Positions 12,956 to 26,206 are shown, counted from the stretch's first letter. The stretch is 64,000 nt of DNA from Lingula anatina (GCA_051362555.1 CM120648.1:20379557-20443556), one strand, 5' to 3'. The notes: generated from the sequence alone by a model not told the origin. Numbers and translations: made by a program.

Positions 12956-13032
12956 GTCTTACCTGTAAATGTGCTGGTCTCGGTAAGTAAGTTATATATA
13001 TATATATATATATATACATTTACAGGTAAGAC

Positions 13033-13099
<67 letters not shown>

Positions 13100-13188
13100 T
13101 CTTACCTGTAAATGTGCTGGTCTCAGTAAGTAAGTTATATATATATATGAAAGTCTTACCTGTAAATGTGCTGGTCTCTGTAAGTAAG

Positions 13189-13248
<60 letters not shown>

Positions 13249-13509
13249 GTCTTTCCTGTAAATGTGCTGGTCTCAGTAAGTAAGTTATATCTATATATAT
13301 GAAAGTCTTACCTGTAAATGTGCTGGTCTCAGTAAGTTATATATCTCTATATATGAAAGACTTACCTGTAAATGTGCTGGTCTCAGTAAGTAAGTTATAT
13401 ATATATATATGAAAGTCTTACCTGTAAATGTGCTGGTCTCGGTAAATAAGTTATATATATATATATATGAAAGTCTAACCTGTAAATGTGCTGGTCTCGG
13501 TAAGTAAGT

Positions 13510-13548
<39 letters not shown>

Positions 13549-16407
13549 CAGTCATTCTTTGCTAGTGGTGCACTGCGGGGGGACCATAACAAGAATGTAA
13601 TTTTAATTTAGATAGCCGACCAAATTCTCATGACATCGTTGTGTATGTTTCAATAACAAATCAAAGAAGCTGCATGAGCAAGGAGGATATTGTTATAAAA
13701 GCAAAAAAAAGAGAAAAAGCAGAAAATATATCGAAATTACCCTCAAAATGGCGTCGTTTTTTGTGGAATTTCAACCCTACCTCTATTTAGGAACAGTTTG
13801 TTTAGGGTTTGAATGAATTATTGAAGCAGGGAATACACCTACTGCAAGAAGATATAATAAACAGAATGTGCAAATGGTTATTTAAATAAAAATTTATTTG
13901 AAGTCACTGAAAAATGATCACAAAATTAGCTTAACTTACGATACATGCGGTGTCCCACCCCGATGAAAATTTCATCTAATCCTATCTTTCCGTATTAAAA
14001 CCGTTCAATCGTCCAAAGTAGTATGTCGGTTAGTTTGTGTCACGAAATCCATGATAATATCAGTTTTCTTAAGAATTTCACATTTATTGCTCAGCAAGGT
14101 CGATTTTTCTTCACCGCGTCCCAATGTTACGTTCGCAACGCTGAAACTTCAGAGATCGATTCTTATCAGACGACTTTAAAATGCCGCGTGAAAATTATAC
14201 ATCGATAGCGATCTTTTTCCATACTCACTAACTGATGACGTCTTACACACGAATGGCTTCTTTTGCACACTAAAAAAACCAGCTCAAACTGGTGTAATTC
14301 CCTCGGTTTAACCGTCACAGGATTGTTTATTGGGACCTTCTTTGTATGAAGGTGAGAAATAATGAGTTTCGTTTCATTTTTCTTCAACTGTTTCAACATA
14401 TTTGTGTACCGATTGATTTTTAACCATTCTATAAGTAGGGTGACTTCGTCTGAACTTTCGTTTTGCGTCTGTGTCACATGGGGGACTAAAGGTCGGGGTC
14501 CGCCATATAGATAAACGTCCCAATAAAATATTCGCCCGATAGATACGTCTCTATACATACACGTCTCAATAGATTTACGTCTCGTTAAATTTACGTTCCG
14601 ATAGATCCACCAACAGATTCCTATAAACACACGTATCTTTAGATCCAGGTACCGCTAGATCCATCTATCTGACATCGTAATTGGCTAAAAGGCCCATATC
14701 AACTTGCGTTGTGAAATTTAGAACACATTTTTATGTTCTTTTTTGTTTTGTTTTGTTTAGAACACATTTACATGTAAATTCAGAACACTTTTTACGTGTT
14801 CGAATGTTGCATTTTGAGAACGCTTTAAACAGTGTTCTGACGCTAGAACAGTAATTAAGCGTTGTGAAATATAGAACACACTTTTGTTCTTTTTATGTTC
14901 TTTCACTGAGTATTGTGTGAAAACGATCTAGTAGAATAATATATTGCTGACTGCGTACTGCCGTTTTAAAGAAGTGCATTTTATGTACTGAGTAGTATAC
15001 CAACCATTTCGAGCAATAGTGTACCTGTAATGGATCTTTCGGTATTTGGATCTAAAAATACGTGGATCTATAGGTATGCGGATTTAAAGGACGTGGGTTT
15101 ATGAGGACGTCATATCTATAGGAACGCAAATATATAGGACAGCAGAAAAAAATCGGATCTATCGGTATTTAAATCTAAAAAGACGTTTTTTCCGTTTTTC
15201 CTTTATGTATCTATCGGTAACGGGAGTATAGGGACGTGTAATATTTTGGGACTAAATTTTATCCGTACGTACCCTAAAGGTCATATTGAACATGGTGACG
15301 CGGTGATACCGTATTCATGTTCTCTTGTTCTCGAAAACTCAATCATCGAAATTGAATTACTTTTTTTTAGTTTTGTCTTAAATTAAGCTGCTACACTGTA
15401 TTCCGTGCGTTTAAAATTTAACCGTCTGTAAAAACAGCAATAATGGATTACTAGCAACACTTACGTTACGCAATGAAGCACCGAAAATGGGTGAAGAAAA
15501 TGTGTCTCAGTAATGCGTGTTTGCCACTCATAATGCACTGTACTTTCTTTGAATAAGCAATAAACTATTTGTGATCTTAGGTTATCCATTGTTCGTTATC
15601 AGAGTTAACAGATTCTTTGTGTGATTTTTTTTTTCAGAATCCCAAGAGTGGATGCCTTAGTGAGCACAGAACAGATATCACCATTGGTCCACATATGTCA
15701 GGAAGAATGTTATAATTATGAACTTTGTGTTACACTGAACTTCATTTTGTTAAATTTTGTATTTAACTGAACTTTATTGTGTTAAAATAATAATAAAAAA
15801 ATAATAATTCAGATAAAAAACTACAATCTGGAACATTCTTTAGATCAACTTTCTTCAGTGTGTGTCCCATGTGACAGAGTTACAGTAAATAAAATATGTG
15901 CATTATTCCTCTGTGTTTGTCAATTCCATTTTAAAAGCATGTGAAAGTGGTGTGCCCCTCATGATTGAAGTGTGTATGGATAATAGCAAAAATATTGTTA
16001 TTATTTACATGATTATAAAAAGTTTTTGTACCCGCGTCAATAACGTTACCGTGACCCACATATTCACCATTTTTATTAATTATGAAATGTGGATTAAATT
16101 CTTCAAACCCAGTTTTGAAGCATTGAGACAACACCCCCTTATGATTTAAACTAAAACTGAAAACATTCCATTAGACTTTCATTAGTTTGTGCAAAATATA
16201 TTACCCAGGGTAACGCGTCTTGGATTTGGTGGGTATAGCTGTTCAACTCTCCTGTGTGCCCTAAAAAGGGCAGCTGCTGTTTCCCTTTTTATGAAATGAT
16301 AAACTGTGATGGTGAAGCTATCACATTGCAAAATTACAGCTTCCCAGATAAAGTTTGAAATTTTCGGTCAAATTCAACATTTTGTAACCACTAGCAAAGA
16401 ATGACTG
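13549..16407. mobile_element. Non-autonomous TIR DNA transposon (~2.86 kb) inserted in (TA)n
   Basis: Perfect 21 bp TIRs cagtcattctttgctagtggt / accactagcaaagaatgactg, with TA repeats on both flanks. No transposase ORF seen. Confidence 0.85.
14495..15273. mobile_element. Nested MULE-like MITE with 9 bp TSD
   Basis: Direct repeat ctaaaggtc at 14486-14494 and 15274-15282. Degenerate internally repetitive arms (ata/gat..acgtc.. versus gacgt..atctat). Confidence 0.55.
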
Positions 16408-16732
16408 ATATACAAAAGTCTTACCTGTAAATGTGCTGGTCTCTGTAAGTAAGTTATATATATATATATGAAAGTCTTACCTGTAAATGTGCTGGTCTCT
16501 GTAAGTAAGTTATATATATATATATGAAAGTCTTAACTGTAAATGTGCTGGTCTCAGTAAGTAAGTTATATATATATATGAAAGTCTAACCTGTAAATGT
16601 GCTGGTCTCGGTAAGTAAGTTATATATATATTTATGAAAGTCTTACCTGTAAATGTGCTGGTCTCAGTAAGTAAGTTATATATATATATATGAAAGTCTA
16701 ACCTGTAAATGTGCTGGTCTCGGTAAGTAAGT

Positions 16733-16789
<57 letters not shown>

Positions 16790-17174
16790 AAAGTCTTACC
16801 TGTAAATGTGCTGGTCTCGGTAAGTAAGTTATATATATATATATATGAAAGTCTTACCTGTTAATGTGCTGGTCTCGGTAAGTAAGTTATATATATATAT
16901 ATATATGAAAGTCTTACTTGTAAATGTGCTGGTCTCGGTAAGTAAGTTATATATATATATATATATATATGAAAGTCTTACTTGTAAATGTGCTGGTCTC
17001 GGTAAGTAAGTTATATCTATATATGAAAGTCTTACTTGTAAATGTGCTGGTCTCGGTAAGTAAGTTATATCTATATATGAAAGTCTGACCTGTAAATGTG
17101 CTGGTCTCGGTAAGTAAGTTATATATATATATATGAAAGTCTTACCTGTAAATGTGCTGGTCTCCGTAAGTAAG

Positions 17175-17254
<80 letters not shown>

Positions 17255-17291
17255 GTCTTACCTGTAAATGTGCTGGTCTCGGTAAGTAAGT

Positions 17292-17348
<57 letters not shown>

Positions 17349-17733
17349 AAAGTCTTACCTGTAAATGTGCTGGTCTCGGTAAGTAAGTTATATATATATA
17401 TATATGAAAGTCTTACCTGTTAATGTGCTGGTCTCGGTAAGTAAGTTATATATATATATATATATGAAAGTCTTACTTGTAAATGTGCTGGTCTCGGTAA
17501 GTAAGTTATATATATATATATATATATATGAAAGTCTTACTTGTAAATGTGCTGGTCTCGGTAAGTAAGTTATATCTATATATGAAAGTCTTACTTGTAA
17601 ATGTGCTGGTCTCGGTAAGTAAGTTATATCTATATATGAAAGTCTGACCTGTAAATGTGCTGGTCTCGGTAAGTAAGTTATATATATATATATGAAAGTC
17701 TTACCTGTAAATGTGCTGGTCTCCGTAAGTAAG

Positions 17734-17813
<80 letters not shown>

Positions 17814-18220
17814 GTCTTACCTGTAAATGTGCTGGTCTCGGTAAGTAAGTTATATATATATATATGAAAGTCTTACCTGTAAATGTGCTGGTCTCGGTAA
17901 GTAAGTTATATCTATATATGAAAGTCTTACCTGTAAATGTGCTGGTCTCTGTAAGTAAGTTATATATATATATATATATGAAAGTCTTACCTGTAAATGT
18001 GCTGGTCTCTTTAAGTAAGTTATATATATATATATATATATGAAAGTCTTACCTGTAAATGTGCTGGTCTCTGTAAGTTATATATATATATATATGAAAG
18101 TCTTACCTGTAAATGTGCTGGTCTCGGTAAGTAAGTTATATATATATATATATATGAAAGTCTTACCTGTAAATGTGCTGGTCTCGGTAAGTAAGTTATA
18201 TCTATATATGAAAGTCTTAC

Positions 18221-18348
18221 CTGTAAATGTGCTGGTCTCAGTAAGTGAGCTATGTCTATGAAAGCCTGCTGTGTTAGGGCTGTTAGTCCTTCTGGGTGAA
18301 CAAATATGCACTTCTTCCCTCTGGCAGTAAATGTATCCACAAACTCAC
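18221..18348 (-). CDS. Class I fumarate hydratase, coding exon 2 ([43 protein letters not shown])
   Basis: TAG acceptor and GTAAGA donor, 128 nt, phase 1/0. Matches FumA V.PEALT.L..QAF.D....LRPAH.Q. Confidence 0.93.
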
Positions 18349-18595
18349 CTAGCAGGAAAATACAGAACAACTGTTGCATTTTATATGGGTTTTATATAAT
18401 TAAAACCACTGCTCTTTAAGGATGAAAAGACACTGAAAATCAATTGAAATAATTAACTCATAATTAATGAACTGGTCTCAATTTCTTTTCTTTTTTTTTT
18501 TTTTATGTGTTTTGGTGCATGTTTCAGTAATTAACATTTTACAAAGCCTAGGAATTCCTCAACAATAATAAATATGCAGCATGCACTAAGAACAG

Positions 18596-19200
18596 CACCC
18601 TGAGCTTCAGAGCTAACTTGACACTAACCTTTTCACTGTAGCCTATCTCCATCGTGTCAAGTAACCTCTGACCACATTCGATTGCCCCCGCCGCCCGCCA
18701 ATCAAATTTAAAGCCCGCACTCAATGACTCATTGAACGATCTAGCCAATGAACGCGAACGAGTCAAAGCGCGCTTTGTTCAAATCCGGACCAATCAAAGA
18801 TAAGGCTGAATATCAGGGACTTGCCGTAACCTGTGGGCAGCACGCAAAATACATCATCCCTCAGTAGATAATGATGCAGGGCATCAAACTGCTCTGGTTT
18901 CAATTCCGATATACTCCATGCTTTCTTTGTGTACGGTTATGCACTCGGAACTACTCGGATGTCTCCGCACTCGACAATAACTATGTTGTTAGTATGGAGC
19001 TTGCGGAATCAGCCGAGGATTGCCGATTGACGATCAACCAATCAGCGTTTTCACCAAACTTTGGTGAAAAATTTTGAAACATGGATTCGATTGGCTTATA
19101 TAAACTAGGTCAAACTATTTTCGTCAGAGGTTACTTGACACGATGGAGAATAGGCTACAGTGAAAAGGTTAGTGTCAAGTTAGCTCTGAAGCTCAGGGTG
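18596..19200 (-). mobile_element. MITE with ~75 bp TIRs, 8 bp TSD and a RecQ-helicase fragment (copy 1)
   Basis: TIR caccctgagcttcagagctaacttgacact...; TSD aagaacag on both sides. Minus-strand LKPEQF...VLPTGYGKSLIF. Inverted relative of 48218-48885. Confidence 0.85.
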
Positions 19201-19309
19201 AAGAACAGTAACCAAAGGTAACAAGATACGAACAAATGATGTATCTTTAGACAATGTACTAGTTCAAGGAAGGTGAACTCCTAAGATGGAAGTACATGTA
19301 AGTTGAGTT

Positions 19310-19500
19310 CATGTAGAACCCTTACATATTGTCTCTTTCACACACAAAGAGTATACTAGTACTTAAACTAACATGTATAACCCTTACATATTGTCTCTTT
19401 CACACACAAAGATTATACTAGTACTTAAACTAACATGTATAACCCTTACATATTGTCTCTTTCACACACAAAGAGTATACTAGTACTTAAACTAACATGT
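19310..19500. repeat. 62 bp tandem repeat, 3 copies
   Basis: cccttacatattgtctc at 19319, 19381 and 19443. Confidence 0.9.
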
Positions 19501-19736
19501 GAACCATGTAAGTATAAACTTTTTTTTTCTTCCCAAATGTACCCATGAAATATATCTCAGGTGCTGGCCTTGATTATACCATGATTTCATTAGCATTTTG
19601 ATGCAGACTAAAATTAGGGCACACTACATCTATTGGTAAGTAAGCTCAGCATCTGTGGGCACATTTGGAAAAAGAAAGCCAAGGTATGTAGGTACTCTGT
19701 ACACATATTATTTCCAGATTACTGAGTAAGAAAGAG

Positions 19737-20468
19737 ACAAATATATCAGGGTAATCCACGAACACAGCATACTATCATCTTGGGAGTTCAATCTCCTTGT
19801 AGAACCTGTGACTGAGACATAACCATATTAACCATATATTATAAGTTTATAACAAATATCAGGGTAATCCATGAACACAGCATACTATCATCTTGGGAGT
19901 TCAACCTCCTTGTACTGAGTAGTACCTGTGACTGAAACAGAGACATAACCATTTTAACCATATATTATAAGTTTATAACAAATATCAGGGTAATCCATGA
20001 ACACAGCATACTATCATCTTGGGAGTTCAACCTCCTTGTACTGAGTAGTACCTGTGACTGAAACAGCGACATAACCATATTAACTGTATTATAAGTTTAT
20101 AACAAATATCAGGGTAACCCATGAACACAGCATACTATCATCTTGGGAGTTCAACCTCCTTGTACTGAGTAGTACCTGTGACTGAAACAGCGACATAACC
20201 ATATTAACTGTATTATAAGTTTATAACAAATATCAGGGTAATCCATGAACATAGCATACTATCATCTTGGGAGTTCAACCTCCTTGTACTGAGTAGTACC
20301 TGTGACTGAAACAGAGACAACTATATTAACTGTATTATAAGTTTATAACAAATATCAGGGTAACCCATGAACACAGCATACTATCATCTTGGGAGTTCAA
20401 TCTCCTTGTAGTACCTGTGACTGACACAGAGACATAACCGTATTAACCATATTATAAGTTTATAACAA
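19737..20468. repeat. ~120 bp tandem repeat, 6 copies
   Basis: Unit aaatatcagggtaatccatgaacacagcatactatcatcttgggagttcaa...ataagtttataac. Confidence 0.9.
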
Positions 20469-20565
20469 AACAAAAGTCATCTACTTGTAATCACATTCTT
20501 ATTCTGTGCTTGTATGTGTTGACAACATTTAACTCAATTGACCAAAACACATAACATAAACTTAC

Positions 20566-20728
20566 CTGGAATTTTCTTAAATGGGATTTCTTTTTTCTTG
20601 TCTGCCTCCAATATGTCCTGGTAATGAAAGGGTTTCACTGCGGCAGTAATGGACGCCGTCTGCTGCTTCAGGAACTGATAGGAGATCTGACCAATTCTAC
20701 AGCAGGATGACGACCTGTTGAGCAGCAT
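20566..20728 (-). CDS. Class I fumarate hydratase, first coding exon with a probable mitochondrial targeting peptide
   Basis: MLLNRSSSCCRIGQISYQFLKQQTASITAAV (R/S-rich, no acidic residues) followed by KPFHYQ, as at the FumA N-terminus. The ATG directly follows a TTTTAG acceptor. GTAAGT donor, phase 1. Confidence 0.85.
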
Positions 20729-21129
20729 CTAAAACCATAGCAGAAATCACCTTAAACTAATGTATTGTACCTACTGACCCCCTTTATTTACTAACACAGG
20801 TCGGTCTCCGACTCGCAGCTGCAATTTCTCCCTAAACTGACATTTATAAACACTGTGCGGAACTCACGGAGAAGAAGCACGCACACGACAAATTCCTTCA
20901 CTTGACTCACATTCATATCTGCAACCGCGCATCCTTATATTAGTTAATGTATTTTAGTTATGAGAGGAATGAAAATACACGATGGATAATACCTTTCTGA
21001 CAGAACTGGAACAAATCGACAAACACAAAGTCGTCCTTCCAAACGACCTTCACTTCACCTTTAGTTAAAAAGGGTTGTTAATCGACACCGATGCTAAATG
21101 AGTTTATACGGGTTTGAACAAGAAAATGA

Positions 21130-21668
21130 GGGTTACGTACCTATACTCCCCCGCACCGATACTCCCCCACTTCTTTACATCCCCGCACCGAAACTCCCCC
21201 GCACCGATACTCCCCCGCTTCTTTACATCCCTGCGCCGATACTCCCCCGCACCGAAACTCCCTCGCACCGATACACCCCCGCTGCTTTACATCCCCGCAC
21301 CGATACTCCCCCGCACTGATACTCCCTCGTACCGATGCTCCGCAAAAACACTACTCCCCAAAGGCATAGATTCCCTTGGCTTTGTAAACCCCATTCGTAA
21401 TTTACAACACTTTCTATAATGCTTTTTTTTTTCAAGATGCACCACCCTCTTGGGACCCAGAATTGACTAATTTTATTCGAAATATATTGGGAAAAATAAA
21501 GAACGTTACACGAAGTCGATCTCAGACTTAGTGTGCAGCTTGACAGTACGTACATGTAGGTCTACAGCTCTTCCTTGTGATTTTTGAGAAATGTTTTTGC
21601 AAAATTAATTTCGTTCTCCTACTGTACTCAGTAGTTACTGTATATATATTGTTCGGCCTTTTATTTGT

Positions 21669-21719
<51 letters not shown>

Positions 21720-22830
21720 TTATTATTAACTTAAGGCAAAGTTAGTTTTAATCTAAGATAACGCAGCTATGTCTTTTTTTTTCAGGCAACGATGAATTCG
21801 TAAAATTATTAAGTAGGCCTAATAAAAAAGAAGTGCTAAAGCGCTTCGTTTTCTGTCTTTTTCCCCCAACCTTCTTCTCTGCTCTTTAAGCTTCTTTCCC
21901 TTGTCTTTTGAATCTGAATTAGATTAGAATCTGAATTGAGCAAAATTCAAAATTTTTGAAAATTGTTGCACAACGAAATTGTCGAGACACGAGCATGCGT
22001 CGTGAGCACGCCTTTTATACTCGCAGTCCCGTCGTGTTTTCGATTTTGTTCGTTATAGATGTGAGGGCGTGCGCCGTACTCAACACTCAAAGGGCTCTTT
22101 CTCCTTCATTTCTTGCGGCGTGCATCTTGGACCAGGCAAGTCTCACTTGCAAACCAATCGCAAACTCCTTAGAAAGGGAGCAAATTACGCTTGCGGCCTC
22201 GCTGTTCGCAGATTAGGCCTATTCGTAGAATCTATTGGAAATGTTCAATATCCTCCGTATGTGCTTACATACGTGCGATCTCGAAATTTCGCATAAAGGA
22301 CTTACACATTGTGGTACATGAGATTCTCCGCAAAATTTGGACTTAAACGGGTCGTAGATTTTGATCCACTTACCTAGACTGACCCTAACCTGTATAATTA
22401 AATGGAGGGTTGACTCTGTTACCCGATCCTCAGTTTCGTCAAAATTGCATAGAGGGAGTAATGATGCGGGGGAGTATCGGTGCGGGGGAGTAACGGTGCG
22501 GGAAAACAACAACGCGGGGGAGTATCGGTGCGGGGGAGTAACGGTGCGCGTATAACGGCAATTTTACAGGGGGTTTATCGATGCGGGGATCTATCGGTGT
22601 GGGGTCGTATCGATGTGCATAATGCAAAAATTTACTAAGGGGGAGTATCGGTGCGGGGGAGTATCGGTGCGGGGGAGTAACGGTGCGCGTATAACGGCAA
22701 TTTTACAGGGGGTTTATCGATGCGGGGATCTATCGGTGTGGGGTCGTATCGATGTGCATAATGCAAAAATTTACTAAGGGGGAGTATCGGTGCGGGGGAG
22801 TAACGGTGCGGGGGAGTATCGGCATGACCC
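21130..22830. mobile_element. Foldback/MULE-like element with arms of tandem 15 bp units
   Basis: Left arm has repeats of ccccgcaccgatact; right arm has the reverse complement agtatcggtgcgggg. Termini gggttacg / catgaccc. ~140 bp duplication in the right arm. No clear TSD. Confidence 0.7.
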
Positions 22831-22974
22831 CTTTTAATAAAAAGGAAAATGGCGTTCATTCTCTTCCATTAAAAAAAATTAAAGTATTTAAGCAAAATTT
22901 GTAACGATATATAAACGTTTCTAATAACAAGTGAAATCAAATGATTCCGAACAGAGCACATATCTGGTTATACA

Positions 22975-23668
22975 AGAATAATCTGGGAACTATTTGACTA
23001 TCATATTGATAGGGGGCACCTTAGGAACAATTTTAGTTTGCATGGTGAGATTGCCGGTTCACACAGAGCACTTTTAATACCAGATAACTCACAGAACGAA
23101 CGGAATGAGCAGCTACATTGGTCATCAAAATCGCCATATTTGAACCACATTGACAATATGTTGGTAGGGCATTACTCGCCGAATCAACGGCCTACATGTC
23201 CTACATCAAAACTGGACCAAATTGGACAATTTTTGACTGATGCCTTGTATGTTATTTCAGATTGAACTCTAAAAGAACCCATCCCAAGAAACGTCTTGCC
23301 GCTTCAGAGCCCTGGTAGCAACCAGAAGAGGTCAGTCGTAACAGCGACCGTTGCTGTGACTAGACACTGACATGAGGGTCTTTTGTGGAGCGTGTAACTC
23401 TTTTACAGACGATAATTAGGAAAATATGGAGTTCCAAAATATAGTTTTTAATGGCTGTCGTATGACATAGAATAGGCAATATATTTTTGTTTGCTTCACT
23501 GGCGAATTCAATTAATGAAATGATGTCTCAATGACATCTACGAGATAACTAAAAGTTATTAAAACAAGATTTTAATCCTTATTTCCATTTATCAGTCAGC
23601 AAAATAGGAAAAAAACTAATGAAAAATGATTTGGAAAAAAATATTCCATATTAAATGTCAAGTCTGTA
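22975..23668 (+). mobile_element. Degenerate Tc1 relic (3' part plus right TIR)
   Basis: WSSKSPYLNHIDN...FRALVATRRG resembles the Tc1 C-terminus. Ends catattaaatgtcaagtctg|TA, the same terminus as at ~29670 and 42221. Confidence 0.75.
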
Positions 23669-26206
23669 GCCTACATTCATTAGCTAATACATGCACCATG
23701 TATTTTTGGGTAAAATCTGTCGGAAAATAATATCTGTCAATTAGCTCCTTTCTTTATCGTTATACATTTCATTACAATTAATATCAGCTTCTTTATTTTT
23801 CATTTTTCCAGGATTCACAGATGAGGAGCTTTTTGTCTGTATGTGTCAGTATGTGTTCTGGCATTCTTTACCTGTTTACGGCAAATTGGATGAGAGTAAA
23901 CCATTTTCATATTTTATGTGCACTGCAGGCTTCTCAACAATGATCGACTCACAAATTAGCGATATTTTTTGTTACACATACAAAAGTCTGAAAGCGATAT
24001 ATATAAAAAGGGACTTTTAGCTCTTATTTTGTTATATTTCTGTGTTTTGTTTAATTGAAATTAAACTATATACAGATATACAATGCATGTTAGTATATGT
24101 ATTCAGATAGCAGTGCAATGTCCCAAAATAGTTGAGCTTTACATTTCTAGATCCTCATTATAACCCATTATAAGACATAGTAACATATATTCTTTCAGCA
24201 AGAATATTCTATGTCATTTTTGTGATTTTAGTTTTATTTTTATTCTGAGTATTACTCACCAATTTAAGATTATAAGTGTATCTGTGCCCTTTATTTGGGC
24301 TACGCCCATGGGTAACGCCCATGACAAATAAAATGTTGTCAGAACGCGTAGGCCCCACTGTTCATTCATTGGTACTGTTCATTCCTCAGTCATTCCAAAA
24401 AATTTGTAAACAAAGTTTCCCGTGTAATTTTATTTTCCTAACGATGGACGATGCAGGTAAATTGCCAAGGAAGTATTTTTGGTCTTCTTGTTGTCCAGGT
24501 GGATTTCGTGTTTGTTATTGTGATTTTTGACCATCTAGCGAAAAGGAAAATTTTGCAACTTGTGATATCACCTTGGACGATATTGACATTAAGAATGCAA
24601 GTATATGATAAATGAATTGGTGATATTTATTATTTGTGGATATGTTATTTGCTCCAGACATTGGCTTAAATAATTATATGGACCTCGGTTGACCTGAGCC
24701 AAAGTCACATCATATATAGTATTGTATTGTAGATATTGCTTAGATTTTAGTTAAGGAAGCAATACTTTCTGCCATATGTTTTGACGGACATTTTGAATTT
24801 TTGCTAAAAGTTACGCGCTTAAGTGTAAACACTAGCAGTGCTATGCCCTTCTGATAGAATAAACATCCAAAGAAGCTCTAAATAAAGTATATCTTGTGAC
24901 TTCTGGTCGTTTTTCTATTTTTCCTCATAAATTGACGACCATATTGAAAAATGCTCAATATCTCAGAAGTAGCAAAGAGGCTCATTTTGCTTCTCTTGTG
25001 ATCGGCCTAAAGGATTCGTTTCCACGATAAAAGTTTACAGGAAAGAACATTGCAAGCTTCGACTGTTGGGCCTGTGGGAGTGGTGACTGGACTTCTCTGT
25101 ATTATCCAAATGATAACGCTAAAAGGAAACAAAACTAAACTATTTCATCACCATTTTTATTTCCACCTTTTCACAGTATCTTCCCAGATTTCTACACTTA
25201 AATATCCCAAAGAACACAATTAAAATGGAAAGAACCCCCAATGAACATTAAATATTGATGATATCCTCCCAGAAAGCTATATTGAAATATACCAAAATAC
25301 ACAATTAAAAGGGAAAAAATAACCCCCAATTATCATGAAATTTTAACAATTACTTTCAGATTACTACAGGTACATTTAAACACCCCAAAACAGAATAAAA
25401 GTGAAGAAGAACTCCAATTAATATGATGTTTGCACAATATCCAATTAGATTACTACAATGAAATAGAAATATCCCAAAACGCATAATAAAAGTAAAGAGG
25501 CCCATTTAATTTATATCTCATTCCTGTCTTTTTTACCTGTACTGTACCTCTAGCCACACAATAAGATGCAGTGATTCTATTTGCACAAATATTCTAAAGT
25601 ATCATCACTAGTTTTTCAAAATGACTTTGCAAGTAGTTTATTTTGAATTAGTTACATTTTTTTTCATTTCATTGGAGTGTAAACATACGAGACAATTCCT
25701 CATCACCTTGGTGAAAAAACAATGACAGGTAAAAGGAAATGCATGATAACCACATTAGTTTGTTGTAAAGTTCCATTCAAAGATATATCAGTACTTTTGT
25801 TAAGTAAATGTACGATAAACATACAGTAAAAATATACGCAGCACGTTATCTGAAAGTCCCGGTTTTTGTTTAGATTACCAGTTATAACAATTTAGTTGAA
25901 AGCGCTTTGTCTGACATTTTGCAAAAAACAATAATTTTTATCTCTCATTTTAAATTGTAAATATAGACCTGCAATTGAGTGTCCTTATAAACTGATTATT
26001 TTAACTTACAGACAAAAATGTATGATACCCAAATAAATAGATTAAATGCAGATAGAATACAATTAATTAAAAGACAATAAGATAAAACCCAATTTGATCA
26101 AGAATCCTCAACATGCAGTTTATCTTGACTGTAAACCGTTCCTTTGTTCTTGGCTTTACTTTACTATGCTGTTTGATGATGTTTATAGTCTCTTCTCCTT
26201 CTGAGC

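Larger units (their letters stand above)
12335..18246 (-). repeat. Compound minisatellite of exon 2 end + GTAAGA donor + variable (TA)n, ~45 copies, split by a transposon at 13549-16407
   Basis: Minus-strand unit CTTACCGAGACCAGCACATTTACAG|GTAAGACTTTCA(TA)nACTTA; the real exon end is CTTACTGAGACCAGCACATTTACAG|GTAAGA. Confidence 0.9.

Noticed and set aside
12335-18246. CRISPR-like appearance (constant repeat with variable spacers)
   Set aside because: The spacers are only (TA)n, the repeat is an exon end plus donor, the context is eukaryotic, and no cas genes are present.
1985-20728. Bacterial contamination or very recent horizontal transfer of fumA
   Set aside because: Seven in-window GT-AG introns between coding exons, a targeting-like presequence and contiguity with animal TEs and a telomere. 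Ancient origin cannot be judged without a phylogeny.
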